Shown piece after piece: positions 63,686 to 64,000 of a stretch of 64,000 nucleotides of DNA. Every line of letters begins with the position of its first letter. Position 1 is the stretch's first letter. The DNA comes from Bacteroidota bacterium. GTDB taxonomy: Bacteria > Bacteroidota > Rhodothermia > Rhodothermales > JBCCMF01. The translations under genes and the position numbers were made by a program. The stretch is from assembly GCA_038747545.1 (NCBI GenBank), contig JBCDJT010000002.1, forward strand, positions 25,041 through 89,040, written 5' to 3'. Below the pieces are notes generated by a model, which saw nothing but the letters and a program-made list of their open reading frames with translations, ran no database searches and had not been told where the DNA came from.

Positions 63686-64000
63686 CCGTGCGCTTGCCCG
63701 TTGGCATAGGGCTGCAACGTGGGCTCGCCAGCTGGTGGGCGCACCTCGTACTCGCCGATCTGGTCGAGCTTGGCGAGGCGTGCATCCAGCAGGTCTGATG
63801 CGCCGATCGGATCGAGGGCGCTCAGCGCCTTCCCGATGGCGTGCCCCACGGTGTCGAACGTGGTGCTGGGGTTGCGATGCGCACCGCCCACAGGCTCGGG
63901 CAGAATCTCATCGATGATGTTGACCTTGATGAGGTCGGGCGCGGTGAGCTTGAGGGCGCGTGCGGCGTCCTCCTTGTAGTCCCACGAGCGCCATAGGATC
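63682..64000 (-). CDS. accA: Acetyl-CoA carboxylase carboxyltransferase alpha subunit, C-terminal part (5' end outside window)
   Basis: Own translation upstream of the track ORF gives ...WDYKEDAARALKLTAPDLIKVNIIDEILPEPVGGAHRNPSTTF..., matching the conserved AccA C-terminal region (IIDEIIPEPLGGAHRD). Confidence 0.8.
   Translation of the reverse strand, partial: ILWRSWDYKEDAARALKLTAPDLIKVNIIDEILPEPVGGAHRNPSTTFDTVGHAIGKALSALDPIGASDLLDARLAKLDQIGEYEVRPPAGEPTLQPYANGQAHG

Overview
High-GC (roughly two-thirds G+C by eye) chromosomal window that looks Bacteroidota/Rhodothermota-like. This is inferred from a T9SS C-terminal sorting domain, TonB-dependent receptors with CarboxypepD_reg N-termini, a DUF4249 partner lipoprotein and PadR-linked duplicated FtsX permeases. 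I support about 47 protein genes, packed tightly with many ATGA start/stop overlaps. By eye I found no rRNA, tRNA, CRISPR array, transposase or integrase. Contents in order: TolC-like OMP (partial); TonB receptor; DASS symporter bracketed by inverted copies of a 122-bp double-hairpin element; an acid-sugar cluster (UxaB-like reductase, ManD, cupin, OtnK, OtnC); an orphan FtsX permease; a PQQ dehydrogenase with an inserted cytochrome c module; a three-gene phosphorelay operon; aroC; a DUF4249/TonB receptor pair; a PAS kinase; PadR plus FtsX permease. Next come two tandem paralogous secreted proteins built of PPC-type repeats (one carrying an M48-like HEIGHH protease domain), a lower-GC lipoprotein, an orphan TRAP DctQ, yebC, ruvC and a 1094-aa T9SS cargo. 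Then a DUF433/DUF5615 toxin-antitoxin pair, arsR-arsM, and nested-hairpin repeat elements. The window ends with a Ser/Thr kinase-TPR protein, another PAS kinase, an HxlR regulator, a DUF819 protein, a thioesterase and the 3' part of accA. The most interesting candidate is a ten-gene minus-strand locus (45.6-55.4 kb): a GbsR/MarR-type regulator, FabG-like SDR, Cys-only KAS-III-like protein, Na+/solute symporter, alpha/beta hydrolase and adenylate-forming ligase, followed by a TIG/lipocalin-like lipoprotein, an OM beta-barrel and a hydrolase lipoprotein. This enzyme set resembles Ole/beta-lactone pathways but sits in an uptake-like envelope context, and I cannot assign it to any characterised pathway. 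All calls come from reading the ORF translations and DNA by eye; no database search was run. Many long ORFs in the track are antisense shadows or 5' over-extensions typical of high-GC DNA, and I trimmed or rejected them.
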